Below, piece after piece: positions 28,349 through 37,642 of a stretch of DNA of 64,000 nucleotides. The translations under genes and the position numbers were made by a program. Position 1 is the first letter of the stretch. Each line of letters opens with the position of its first letter. The notes beneath the pieces are model-generated. The model ran no database searches. It saw nothing but the letters and a program-made list of their open reading frames with translations, and was not told where the DNA came from. The DNA comes from Candidatus Babelota bacterium (GTDB taxonomy: Bacteria; Babelota; Babeliae; Babelales; JAHIUU01), in assembly GCA_018817025.1 (NCBI GenBank), contig JAHIUU010000006.1, forward strand, positions 251,909 to 315,908, given 5' to 3'.

Positions 28349-29077
28349 TTAAGATTTGTTTTCGTAATCATTTGTTCCAAAATATCGGTCGCCATAGTCT
28401 CCAAGGCCTGGAACAATAAAACTTTTGTCGTTTAGTTTTATGTCAACGGCGGCGACAATGATCTTTTTTATTTTTGGAAACTTGCTGAGAATATGGTTAA
28501 TTCCAGCGGTTGCCGCAATGACGCCGACGAAAATAATATTTTCTTCTTCAGCTCCTTTTTTTATGACATAGTCTATCGTTTGGCCAGAGCTCCCGCCGGT
28601 TGCAAGCATCGGATCAAGAATGATAATCGTATCATCGGGGTTTATTTTAGGAAATTTTTCATAGTAAGTGGAAGCTTCTGCTGTTTTTTCATCTCGCTCA
28701 AGCCCGATTGTCCCTACCGTTGCTTTTTTAAAGAATTGAAGAAATGGATGAAGAAGTGTCTCGCCGGATCGTAATATTGGAACAAGAATCGTATTGTTTT
28801 TATATTCGTGACCGATTGTCGGGGCAAGCAGCGTTTCTATTTCAATCTCTTTAACGGGAATATATTTTATGGTCGCGGATGCGAGTACATAGGCAAGGTC
28901 GTCGCTTGCATCACGAAACTGGCGTATTGTTGATTCTTTTTTTCGTAGCCTGGTTACTAATTGTGGGGCTTGAACCATTTCGACTTGCGTTTGTAGGTTT
29001 TGGTTGTCCGTGTAAGCAACTGACGAGCTTGTGGCGAAAAAACTTGCGCAAAATAGAAGTGCTGTGTTTTTTTTCAT
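28349..29077 (-). CDS. upp: Uracil phosphoribosyltransferase paralog with N-terminal signal peptide
   Basis: VPILRSG, IILDPMLATGGS, IVPGLGDYGDRYFGT. RBS AAGGAG 5 nt before ATG 29077, then MKKNTALLFCASFFATSSSVA. Confidence 0.88.
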   Translation of the reverse strand: MKKNTALLFCASFFATSSSVAYTDNQNLQTQVEMVQAPQLVTRLRKKESTIRQFRDASDDLAYVLASATIKYIPVKEIEIETLLAPTIGHEYKNNTILVPILRSGETLLHPFLQFFKKATVGTIGLERDEKTAEASTYYEKFPKINPDDTIIILDPMLATGGSSGQTIDYVIKKGAEEENIIFVGVIAATAGINHILSKFPKIKKIIVAAVDIKLNDKSFIVPGLGDYGDRYFGTNDYENKS

Positions 29078-29184
29078 AGTATCTCCTTGAAACTTTAAGA
29101 GCTTCTTTTTGGGTGAAACAAATAAGTAAAAGTGTTTTGTCTGAAAAAGTTTCACAAATGAGAAGCGAAGAGTCAATCGATAAT

Positions 29185-29796
29185 TTAACCGGGAACGTCT
29201 GTGCCAAAGAAGCGATCGCCAAAGTCGCCGAGCCCTGGAATAATAAATTTTTTATTATTTAGTCTTTCGTCAATTGCTGGAACGATAATTTTTATTTTTG
29301 GAAATGCTTTCTTGATGCGTTCGAGCCCGTCAGGGGCCGCGACTATGGCTACGAAGACAATTTTTTCTTCGTGGGCACCTTTTTCTTTTAAAATGTTTAA
29401 CGCGTCAATAGCACTTCCACCTGTAGCAATCATTGGATCGAGTAATATGACGTCGTCTTGAGCGCTTAGTGGTGGCATTTTATAGTAATACAGTTCAGCG
29501 ACAGCTGTTTTTTCATCTCGCTGGAGCCCGACAAAGCCGACGGATGCTCGTTGAAAAAAATGTAAAAATGGGTTAAGCAGCGCGATGCCAGATCGAAGGA
29601 TTGGAACGAGAACGAGATTGTTTTTGAATTGACCCCCCTCTGTTTTTGCGAGTGGAGTTTCGATTGAGATGGTTTCTTGTTCTAAGAGTTGTGCTGCTTC
29701 AGCTGCGAGGATTAGACCGAGTTTTTCTGCGGCTTGTCGAAACTGTGCGATCGATGTTTTTTTATTTCTTAAAGTTGTTAGAAGGGCTTCTTTCAT
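29185..29796 (-). CDS. upp: Uracil phosphoribosyltransferase
   Basis: LVPILRSG, LLDPMIATGGS, FIIPGLGDFGDRFFGT. Confidence 0.95.
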   Translation of the reverse strand: MKEALLTTLRNKKTSIAQFRQAAEKLGLILAAEAAQLLEQETISIETPLAKTEGGQFKNNLVLVPILRSGIALLNPFLHFFQRASVGFVGLQRDEKTAVAELYYYKMPPLSAQDDVILLDPMIATGGSAIDALNILKEKGAHEEKIVFVAIVAAPDGLERIKKAFPKIKIIVPAIDERLNNKKFIIPGLGDFGDRFFGTDVPG

Positions 29797-30023
29797 AGGT
29801 TTTCCTGTTTTTGTTGTGCTAATGTTCTATGTATTGACGCGAGAAGCCATACGATGATTAGCGTGAATAGAAAGAGCAGGACGAATTTAAGAATGGGCGA
29901 TCCCCATGGCCATGTGCCATTGATATAGAGCGTGCTTTCTGGTGGGGGCGTTGGAATAAAGGCGAAAAAAAATGTTATAGATGTTGCGATTAGAAACGGG
30001 AACTTGATAGGATAAAACTTCAC
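29793..30023 (-). CDS. Small 2-TM membrane protein, translationally coupled to upp
   Basis: GTG start with RBS GAGGAG; its stop overlaps the upp ATG (ATGA). The C-terminal helix resembles that of 28011..28322. Confidence 0.7.
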   Translation of the reverse strand: MKFYPIKFPFLIATSITFFFAFIPTPPPESTLYINGTWPWGSPILKFVLLFLFTLIIVWLLASIHRTLAQQKQENL

Positions 30024-30183
30024 AAAATTCTCCTCTACTTGAATGTTTCAATTTTGTCTTAGCAAAACCTCGTTTATTTCGTCAACAAAGCACTTGTTTG
30101 TTTTTGCTTTTTTCTTATTGTATGATAAGACTTTGTAGCTGTTGCAAATTGTTTAATAAGAGTAATAGTAAAAAAGGAGCACC

Positions 30184-31311
30184 ATGTCTTTGACATATGC
30201 GCACTTTGTTATGGTGTTACTGTTTTGTTGTAGGGTCATGGTGGCTGGCGATATGAAATTTAAAAAGAGTGTGTATGGGGAACCAGTTTGTGGGCAAGGT
30301 TCGTTTTTTCTGGTTGGTAATATTGGAGGGACAAACGCGCGTTTTGCGCTTGCTCAGGTTAGGGATTCAGGATTTAGTCTAATCGCGTTATTTCAGGGTG
30401 ATAGTAAGCAGATTTCAAGGTTTCATTTGGCCGTAGATCAGATTCTTTCTACGATAAAAAATGATTATGATATTGTTGTCAGTCAAGCATGTTTTGCTGT
30501 TGCTGGTTTAGTTTCTCAAGGGCGTGATTACTGTCGAATGACCAATTTGTCGTGGGATATTGATACGAAACTTTTGATTGAGCAGACATCGCTCGTGAGC
30601 GTTGTGTTGCTCAACGATTTTGAGGCCGTTGGTTATGGTATTGAGGGGCTTTCTGAGTACGAGCTTCAATCTCTTACCCCAACAAAAAAAACATTTGGTA
30701 TTGCAAACAAAGCTATCATAGGTGCTGGAACAGGTCTGGGTAAGAGTGTTCTTATTTGGAATGAGCTTCAAAAAGAGTATGTTGTTGTTGCAACGGAGGG
30801 GGGTAGTGCAGACTTTCCGGCTTATGATAGCGAAGAGTTAGCGTTGATTAGTTTTATTCGTCGGTCGCAGGTTGGTTCCCAAGATGTTTGTTTCGAGCAT
30901 CTTCTTTCTGGTCGTGGAATTCAGAATATTTATAAGTTTTTATGTGAAGAGAAAAAAGTAGCGTCTTCTTGCGAGAAAAAGATTCGGGAGAGTAATTGTG
31001 ATCCTAAGGTAATCGCGGCATGTCAGGCAGATGATTTGTGTTGCAAAAAGACGTTTGAGTATTTCGTAACGTTTTATGGTCGGTGTGCACGAAATTTTGC
31101 CCTTGAAACTCTTGCACTCGGGGGGGTGTATATCGCCGGAGGGATTGCTCTGAGCAATCTTGATTTATTTAGAAGCGGTTCTTTTTTGTCTGAATTCTAT
31201 CGAAATCAAACGTTTAGAAGCATGCTTCAGAATATTCCCGTTTCGATAATTACCAGCCCCCACGTAGAGCTCTACGGCGCTATTTTATTTGGTCGTCGTG
31301 CTATTTTGTAA
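30184..31311 (+). CDS. glk: Glucokinase (Glk)-like protein with hydrophobic N-terminal extension and altered motifs
   Basis: GNIGGTNARF, MTNL.W, LNDFEA, GAGTGLG, TEGG, E.LLSG.G, GGVYIAGG; RBS AAGGAG. Confidence 0.8.
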   Translation: MSLTYAHFVMVLLFCCRVMVAGDMKFKKSVYGEPVCGQGSFFLVGNIGGTNARFALAQVRDSGFSLIALFQGDSKQISRFHLAVDQILSTIKNDYDIVVSQACFAVAGLVSQGRDYCRMTNLSWDIDTKLLIEQTSLVSVVLLNDFEAVGYGIEGLSEYELQSLTPTKKTFGIANKAIIGAGTGLGKSVLIWNELQKEYVVVATEGGSADFPAYDSEELALISFIRRSQVGSQDVCFEHLLSGRGIQNIYKFLCEEKKVASSCEKKIRESNCDPKVIAACQADDLCCKKTFEYFVTFYGRCARNFALETLALGGVYIAGGIALSNLDLFRSGSFLSEFYRNQTFRSMLQNIPVSIITSPHVELYGAILFGRRAIL

Positions 31312-31768
31312 TCTCCATGAGTTCGATGTCAAAAGTTAGATCTTTGCCTGCAAGAGGGTGGTTGGCGTCGAGCGTCAGGTGTGTGTCGGTAATGCCTATT
31401 ATGCTGAAAGCAATTGTTTCTTCAGGGTGGCTTTGATTGCATTTTCCGTCGGCACACGCCGGCTGTTTTTGAAATTTGAGGATCTGTCCAATTTCTGGCT
31501 TAAGATCTTGAGGGATTTTGGTTCGTTCTACCTGTAGAATTAGTTCTTTGCGAATTTGTCCGTAGGCTTTTTCGCTTGGAATTATTATGGTCGATTGTTC
31601 TCCCGGAGCCATGTCGATGACAGCCTCTTCAAAGCCGGGGATTAATTTTTTCTCTCCTATGGTGAATTGAATTGGTTCCCGTTGAAGCGATGAGTCGAAA
31701 ACGGTGCCGTCTTTTAGTTTTCCTGTGTAATGAACTTTGACGTTGTCGCCTATTTTTGCTTGGGCCAT
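31301..31768 (-). CDS. FKBP-type peptidyl-prolyl isomerase (SlyD/FkpB-like)
   Basis: V.VHYTG.L.DGTVFDSS, LIPGFE, LDANHPLAGKDLTFDIE. Confidence 0.95.
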   Translation of the reverse strand: MAQAKIGDNVKVHYTGKLKDGTVFDSSLQREPIQFTIGEKKLIPGFEEAVIDMAPGEQSTIIIPSEKAYGQIRKELILQVERTKIPQDLKPEIGQILKFQKQPACADGKCNQSHPEETIAFSIIGITDTHLTLDANHPLAGKDLTFDIELMEITK

Positions 31769-31853
31769 TAAATTCCTTCTCTTTAGGACAGAAAAATTGA
31801 TAAAGTGTCACTGTACCATGAAATGGCGAAAATAGGAAAAAGAGGAGGGGTTT

Positions 31854-33281
31854 GTGAATAAAATAGCTTTTTTGATTTTGTTTACTTTTGTTTGGGGATA
31901 TGCGGCACCAGATCATGGGACAGCAACTCGTTGTTTGCCATGGTCTATGGGTGGCAAGCCCTGCAACCAAAAGGTTGACACAAGCGGACAGCTTTGCCCT
32001 GAGGAGCAGGCATATGTTGCAGCTCGGACGCCTATGGTCGAGGAGGCCCTACAAAAGTTTCTTGGGCGGGAGTGCTCTGCGAGGGTTGCTTATTGTTGTA
32101 GCGGAGGAGGGTATCGAGCGATGCTATCATCGCTTGGTTTTTTGTCCGGAATGCGTGAGATTGGACTTGCTGATGGGGTGATGTACAGTGCAACACTTTC
32201 AGGATCTACATGGTTTCAAGTACATTGGCTACTCCGAAAGCACCTAGAAAACATGACGTTCCCACAGTTTCTAGTGTTATTAGAGGGGCTTACTAGAGAG
32301 CCGTTCTTGCATCCAGATAAGTATGAATTTCGAACTCTTCTTGATAAAATTATTTCTGTTTTAACTGATCGGGGTAAAGTCGAAACGGCAGATCTTCTAG
32401 GAACCATTTTGGCGAATCGTCTTTTTGATGGTTTAGAAAACGTTCAGGATATAACGTTTTCCCCGCTTCGAGATGCTTTTCAAAACAATTCGTTTAATGA
32501 ACCGTTTCCCCTGTTTTCGTTGATTTTGTCTGATTTATTTCCGTATGAATGGTTTGAGGTGAATCCGTATGTGAGTGGTAGTGAGTATTTGGGTGCATTT
32601 ATTCCAACGAGCACGCTAGACAGCTTTTTTAAGAACAGTCAATGTTCAGAGTTGTTTCCAGAAAAGAGTCTAGGTTGGTTCTTGGCGATGTTTGGAAGTG
32701 CATACAATTTTAGTGTTGGTGATGTATTGATTTTTATTGCCAAAGAGAGCAAGCAGGAGTGGTTTGTCGATATGGTGAAAACGTTTGTTGATCAACACGA
32801 TTTTCATGATGCACGTATGTTTGCTTCTCCAATATACAATTTTACGTATGGCATGCAGGGTGGCGTTCTTGCTCATCAAAAGGAAACAGAGCTTTCTGAT
32901 GCCGGTATGGATTTTAATTTGGCGATTCCTCTTCTTTTACGAGAAGGCCGGAAGGTAGATGTGATTCTTGTTTGCGATGCTTCGACTGGGGTTTCGATTA
33001 CAGAGCACAAAGATTTGCACTATGCGAAAGCATATGCTGATCGTAAGGGTATAAAATTCCCCCCGCTCTCCAACCCACGATGGATTGGAGAACAGGTGCT
33101 TGTTTTTGAAGACGATCAGGACAAGACGGTGCCCGCGGTCGTTTATTTTGCTAATCCTGTACCAGAAGGAACGCTAGAATTTGATTATACAAAAGAGGAG
33201 TTTGATGCTGTTTATGGCACGATAAAAAAAACGGTTCTCGCGAGCAAAGAGGCTATAAAAGAAGTTTTTTTAAGAAGATGA
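31854..33281 (+). CDS. Secreted cytosolic-phospholipase-A2/lysophospholipase-like enzyme
   Basis: Signal peptide MNKIAFLILFTFVWGYA; CSGGGYRAM, LSGSTW and DAGMDFNL match the cPLA2 Arg/Ser/Asp motifs. Confidence 0.85.
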   Translation: MNKIAFLILFTFVWGYAAPDHGTATRCLPWSMGGKPCNQKVDTSGQLCPEEQAYVAARTPMVEEALQKFLGRECSARVAYCCSGGGYRAMLSSLGFLSGMREIGLADGVMYSATLSGSTWFQVHWLLRKHLENMTFPQFLVLLEGLTREPFLHPDKYEFRTLLDKIISVLTDRGKVETADLLGTILANRLFDGLENVQDITFSPLRDAFQNNSFNEPFPLFSLILSDLFPYEWFEVNPYVSGSEYLGAFIPTSTLDSFFKNSQCSELFPEKSLGWFLAMFGSAYNFSVGDVLIFIAKESKQEWFVDMVKTFVDQHDFHDARMFASPIYNFTYGMQGGVLAHQKETELSDAGMDFNLAIPLLLREGRKVDVILVCDASTGVSITEHKDLHYAKAYADRKGIKFPPLSNPRWIGEQVLVFEDDQDKTVPAVVYFANPVPEGTLEFDYTKEEFDAVYGTIKKTVLASKEAIKEVFLRR

Positions 33282-34613
33282 ATTTATTGGTTTTGTGACG
33301 AATAGTCGCCATCCAAAGACGATGGAGTCAAGAACGGTCCAAAGTAAGAATGAAACGTAGCCACCAAAGATTCCATACCCCATTTTGATTCCAAGTAGGT
33401 ATGCGAGTGGCAGGAAGAAGAGGTAGCTTGACAGAGTCCCGGCGATAAAGACGAACCGGGTATCCCTTGCTGCGGTCAGAGTGCCTTTGAGTATCAGGTA
33501 GCTTGAGCTGAATAGTTGGGTTATGCAGATCAGATAGATTGATGGGACTGCAAGGGTGACGACTACGGAATTTGCTGGACTGAAAAATTGTGCGATCTGT
33601 TTGGCAAATAGTGAGACTGCTAGAGAAATCCCTCCTACAAATGGAAGACTTGCGAAAAAGATCTTTTTGGTTGCCGGAATAACAAAATCATATTGTTTTT
33701 CTCCAATCGCTTTACCAATTAAAATTGTTGCAGCAACAAAAAAACCGGTTGGGGGCAGGTATGTTGCGAGAAAAACTTGAAACACAATTTGGTGGGCTGC
33801 CATCACATTAGGACCTTGTTTTGTGAAAAGAAGAACGAAAAGAAGAAGTGCAAAAATAAGGGAACCAGCGTAGAGCCCGACTTCGCCGCCAACTTTCATA
33901 AATGTTTTAAAAATTGGTCGATCAAATTTCAATATATTTTTTAGGTTGAGATATTTTTTTGTAAGAGGGATTGTAATGAGCAGGAGTATACTCAAGATAG
34001 ATCCAATAATATAGGTGATGAGGGTTGCGAGGGCGATTCCCTTGATCCCGAGTGCTGGGAACCCCCATTTGCCGTACATAAAAACGTAATTGAGCAATAC
34101 GTCCGATAAGCATATTGTCATAGTGATCAAAAATGGAAAGACTGCGTTTTTTAGACCTCGAAATAGTCCAATGACAGCAAAAATAATCAGATGAAACGGT
34201 AGTCCCATAAGTCGTATAGTCAAGTATGGAACACCAGTGCTAACCAGCTCCCCGTTGTTTATTGTTTTAAAAGTTAGGGAGGATATTATTGGGATAACGG
34301 GAAGAATTAAACAGCCGATGACAATCGCGAGAAGAAGAGCCAGGTTGATTGTTTTGGTGACGCTTTGTGGCTGCTTGGCGCCAAAAAAACGTGCAACAAG
34401 GACGGTTGTGCCGGTACGAATTCCCTCCAAAAATGCATAGACAGCGGCACAGATATTGTTGGCGATGGCAGCTGCTGCAATAATGACTGCAGCGCCTCCC
34501 AGCTGACCGATAAAGAGAAGGTCGATAAAGCTGATCGACATGACCGTTATCTGTGATGCAAGGGCCAGCCAGGCGAGACTATAGATAGATGCAAGGGTGA
34601 AATTTCGCTTCAT
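33270..34613 (-). CDS. MATE-family efflux transporter
   Basis: D..FIGQLG, VARFFGA, FRGL.N, LNYVFMYG.WGFPALGIKG.A.AT, AAHQI. Confidence 0.92.
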   Translation of the reverse strand: MKRNFTLASIYSLAWLALASQITVMSISFIDLLFIGQLGGAAVIIAAAAIANNICAAVYAFLEGIRTGTTVLVARFFGAKQPQSVTKTINLALLLAIVIGCLILPVIPIISSLTFKTINNGELVSTGVPYLTIRLMGLPFHLIIFAVIGLFRGLKNAVFPFLITMTICLSDVLLNYVFMYGKWGFPALGIKGIALATLITYIIGSILSILLLITIPLTKKYLNLKNILKFDRPIFKTFMKVGGEVGLYAGSLIFALLLFVLLFTKQGPNVMAAHQIVFQVFLATYLPPTGFFVAATILIGKAIGEKQYDFVIPATKKIFFASLPFVGGISLAVSLFAKQIAQFFSPANSVVVTLAVPSIYLICITQLFSSSYLILKGTLTAARDTRFVFIAGTLSSYLFFLPLAYLLGIKMGYGIFGGYVSFLLWTVLDSIVFGWRLFVTKPINSSS

Positions 34614-34719
34614 GAGATGCTCCTAAATTTTATTTTTTCTAGAAAAAATACTTTCTTGTCGTTAGCATTAGGAAGATAATTGTAAATTGAAACTATCAGA
34701 CTTGGCAAGAAAGGGGCAC

Positions 34720-34992
34720 ATGCGTATGGGTCGGTCTCGATTTATAACGATGTCGTTTCTTTTACTTGTTTTCTTTATTTTTCTCAAAATTTATCAGCAC
34801 AATAGAATTGTTACAACGGTTTATAAAAAACAAAAAATTGAGCGTATAAAAGGAAAATTGAAAAAAAAGAAAAATTCACTTTTGGTAACGCTATATAAGC
34901 TCAAGGGTCAGCAGCGAGTTCGCGAAAAAGCGTATGAGTTGGGGATGCGCTCACTTAAACCGTCGCAGATTATGACGGTAACAAGAACCTAA
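34720..34992 (+). CDS. ftsL: Cell division protein FtsL-like
   Basis: Basic N-terminus, single TM, coiled coil, RV...A..LGM; immediately upstream of ftsI. Confidence 0.65.
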   Translation: MRMGRSRFITMSFLLLVFFIFLKIYQHNRIVTTVYKKQKIERIKGKLKKKKNSLLVTLYKLKGQQRVREKAYELGMRSLKPSQIMTVTRT

Positions 34993-35008
34993 TTGTTGGG
35001 GGAACATA

Positions 35009-36661
35009 ATGATAATACGAAAAAATTATAAACCAAGGTTGTTGCTTGTTTTACTTTTTTTTCTTGTCCTATACGCGGTTATTGCCGTTCGTCTTTTTTT
35101 GGTTCAAATTTATCAACAGGATTTTTTTGAGATTCTTGCTCGTCAGCAGTATGTGACTGAGATTACGACGCGGCCGGCAAGAGCCTTGATCTATGATAGG
35201 AATGGAGAGCCGCTCACATTAAACAGAGAACGGCTCTCCGCTTTTTTGTTGCCACACCGTTTTCATGAACCAAAAAGAATCATGAAATTATTGAAAAAAC
35301 GATTTCCATCTGTATACAAAAAGTTACGAAAAGAAAAGAAACGGCGATTCTTGTGGGTTGATAGGCATCTTTCTGCCGAAGCTTTGCGAGAAATGAAAGC
35401 ATATAACAGTCCGGACATTTATTTTTTAGCCGAGCCCGAGCGGTTTTATCCATTTCCCGCAACGGCGCATGTGGTTGGATTCACCGATGTTGATAACATT
35501 GGTATTGCGGGGATTGAATTGCGGTTCAATAATTTGGTTGGAGGGACTCCGACGACGTTTGTTTTGGAAAAAGATGCTCGCTCCGGTCATTTTTATTTTA
35601 ATAGAGATATAAAAAAACGGGGTGGGGAGGGTGAGCCGGTAACGCTTACTATCGATAGAAATTTGCAGTTTTTTGCCCAGGAAGAACTGTTGAAAACGGT
35701 TGCGAATTATGAGGCAAAAGGCGGGGCTGTTTTGATTATGGACCCTAACTCTGGACATGTTTTAGCTATGGCAAGCAGCCCTGGATTTGATCCAAATCAA
35801 TCACGCATCACCGATCCTGAGCAAACAAAAAATATTCCGGTTACCGAGTGTTTTGAGTTGGGGTCAGTTATTAAGGTTTTTGCCGCGTTGGCGGCGCTTG
35901 AAGAAGGTGTTGTGACGCCTGACGAAGAACTAGATTGTGAGGGAAAATCAACATATATAGATGGATTTCGAGTTGAAAACTGGAAGTCTCTCGGAGAAGG
36001 GATCCATTCATTTTCTGAGGTTGTTGCTCAGTCGAACAATGTTGGGATTGCTAAAGTTGCTAAGAGGCTAGGGCCTCGTCTGTATTATCACTTGCGAAAG
36101 CTTGGTTTTGGCAATCGAACTGGTATTCGTTTTCCGGGTGAGCGTTCTGGGTTTGTTAACCCGCCGCACAATTGGTCTCGCTCTTCGATTGTTGTGCTTT
36201 CATTTGGATATGAGATTATGGCGACGATACTGCAGTTGGGAAAAGCTTTTTCCGTTATCGCAAATGGGGGATATGATGTCCAGCCTGTTCTCGTGCTAAA
36301 TCCAGAGCGCAAAAAGCGGGTTTTGCCTTTTGGAGCGCTTTATAAAAAAGAAGTTGTTGAGCAACTCAAAGATATTCTTGAGTTGAGAGGATGGTTGAAG
36401 AAGCGATATAGCATCGAAGGCTATCGAATTGTTGGAAAAACAGGTACGGCGCGGAGTGTCAAAGATGGAAAATATTCTCAGAATGATCATGTCTACACCT
36501 ATGCTGCTATTGTTGAAAAGGGCGATTACAGAAGGGTTGTTGTCTCATTCATAAAGGAGCCAAAAAAGGCGCATATGTGGGCGACTGAGGTGACGACGCC
36601 GCTATTCCACAAGGTTGCTGAGAAGATGGTCGTATATGACACTGCGAAGGGGGTTTTGTGA
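35009..36661 (+). CDS. ftsI: Class B penicillin-binding protein (FtsI/PBP3)
   Basis: R.LIYDRNG, R.YP, GIELRFN, LTID, SVIK (SxxK), SNN (SxN), KTG. Confidence 0.92.
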   Translation: MIIRKNYKPRLLLVLLFFLVLYAVIAVRLFLVQIYQQDFFEILARQQYVTEITTRPARALIYDRNGEPLTLNRERLSAFLLPHRFHEPKRIMKLLKKRFPSVYKKLRKEKKRRFLWVDRHLSAEALREMKAYNSPDIYFLAEPERFYPFPATAHVVGFTDVDNIGIAGIELRFNNLVGGTPTTFVLEKDARSGHFYFNRDIKKRGGEGEPVTLTIDRNLQFFAQEELLKTVANYEAKGGAVLIMDPNSGHVLAMASSPGFDPNQSRITDPEQTKNIPVTECFELGSVIKVFAALAALEEGVVTPDEELDCEGKSTYIDGFRVENWKSLGEGIHSFSEVVAQSNNVGIAKVAKRLGPRLYYHLRKLGFGNRTGIRFPGERSGFVNPPHNWSRSSIVVLSFGYEIMATILQLGKAFSVIANGGYDVQPVLVLNPERKKRVLPFGALYKKEVVEQLKDILELRGWLKKRYSIEGYRIVGKTGTARSVKDGKYSQNDHVYTYAAIVEKGDYRRVVVSFIKEPKKAHMWATEVTTPLFHKVAEKMVVYDTAKGVL

Positions 36662-37642
36662 GTCCTGATCGCATAGAAAAAAAAGATTGGGATGCCGTTG
36701 ACACATTTCATGCGCATTGGTGATCTGGTGGTTTGAAGCGTGATTTTTCAGTGGGACGAGTAGACTTCGTTTTTGAAAGAATTCCAGCTCAAAAAGTGTG
36801 CCTGCGCCAGCTCGACAAATGACAAGGTCGGCTAGACGATAAAAGTCTTTGATTGAATTAGTGTATTCAAATATGTGAGCGGGAATGTTGTGTTGCTCAT
36901 AGAATTTTTTCCAATTAGTTTGATCGATAGATCCGGTTTGATGAATTACCTGTATTGAGCCTATATATTGGTTTGTTTGTATAAATTCCTTGATCATATT
37001 ATTTAGCAAGAGTGAGCCTTGTGAACCGCCAAGTAAAAAAATTGTTTTACGGCCAGAAGAAAAGTGTGGGGGCCGAGTTATGGGGCTGGTTGTATCATGC
37101 ACTGAAAAGCGAAGTGGGTATTTTTCTAGTGAGCATTTGTTTTGATATTTGCTTTTAAAAAATTTTGTACTTTTTTGAAACGAAATAAAGATTTTTTTTG
37201 CAACTGGTGACAAGAATCGAGTTGCCTTTCCCGGGATAACATTGAACTCATGTAGCTCTACTGGTATTGAGAGAAGTTTGCCTGCCAGACATACCGGTAT
37301 TGCTATAATCCCACCGGTGCTGATTATGACACATGGTTTTTGTTTCTTTAAAAAATGAAAACTTTTAAAAAATGAGTGTGCGAATTGTAAAAAAAACAGG
37401 GGGTAGCGCCATATTTTTTTGCCGGGGAGATTTGTCAGCTTGAGCCGTACTATTTGTATTGGTTGGTCATAGTTTGCGAGTATCGCTTGGTCGAGCTTTC
37501 TGGTATTACAAAAAAAGAGAAGTGATCCGTGGGGCGTTTGTTCAAGATGTTGTTTTCCAAGACGTAGAGCAGGTGTGATGTGACCACCAGATCCACCTGC
37601 GACAAGACAGATTGTTTTATTTAGCGGAGCAAGTTTTTGCAT
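36602..37642 (-). CDS. murG: Undecaprenyl-PP-MurNAc-pentapeptide GlcNAc transferase
   Basis: GGSGGHITP, STGG, HEFN..PG.A, GGSQG, HQTG, CRAGAGT. Confidence 0.93.
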   Translation of the reverse strand: MQKLAPLNKTICLVAGGSGGHITPALRLGKQHLEQTPHGSLLFFCNTRKLDQAILANYDQPIQIVRLKLTNLPGKKIWRYPLFFLQFAHSFFKSFHFLKKQKPCVIISTGGIIAIPVCLAGKLLSIPVELHEFNVIPGKATRFLSPVAKKIFISFQKSTKFFKSKYQNKCSLEKYPLRFSVHDTTSPITRPPHFSSGRKTIFLLGGSQGSLLLNNMIKEFIQTNQYIGSIQVIHQTGSIDQTNWKKFYEQHNIPAHIFEYTNSIKDFYRLADLVICRAGAGTLFELEFFQKRSLLVPLKNHASNHQITNAHEMCQRHPNLFFLCDQDSQNPLRSVIYDHLLSNLVE

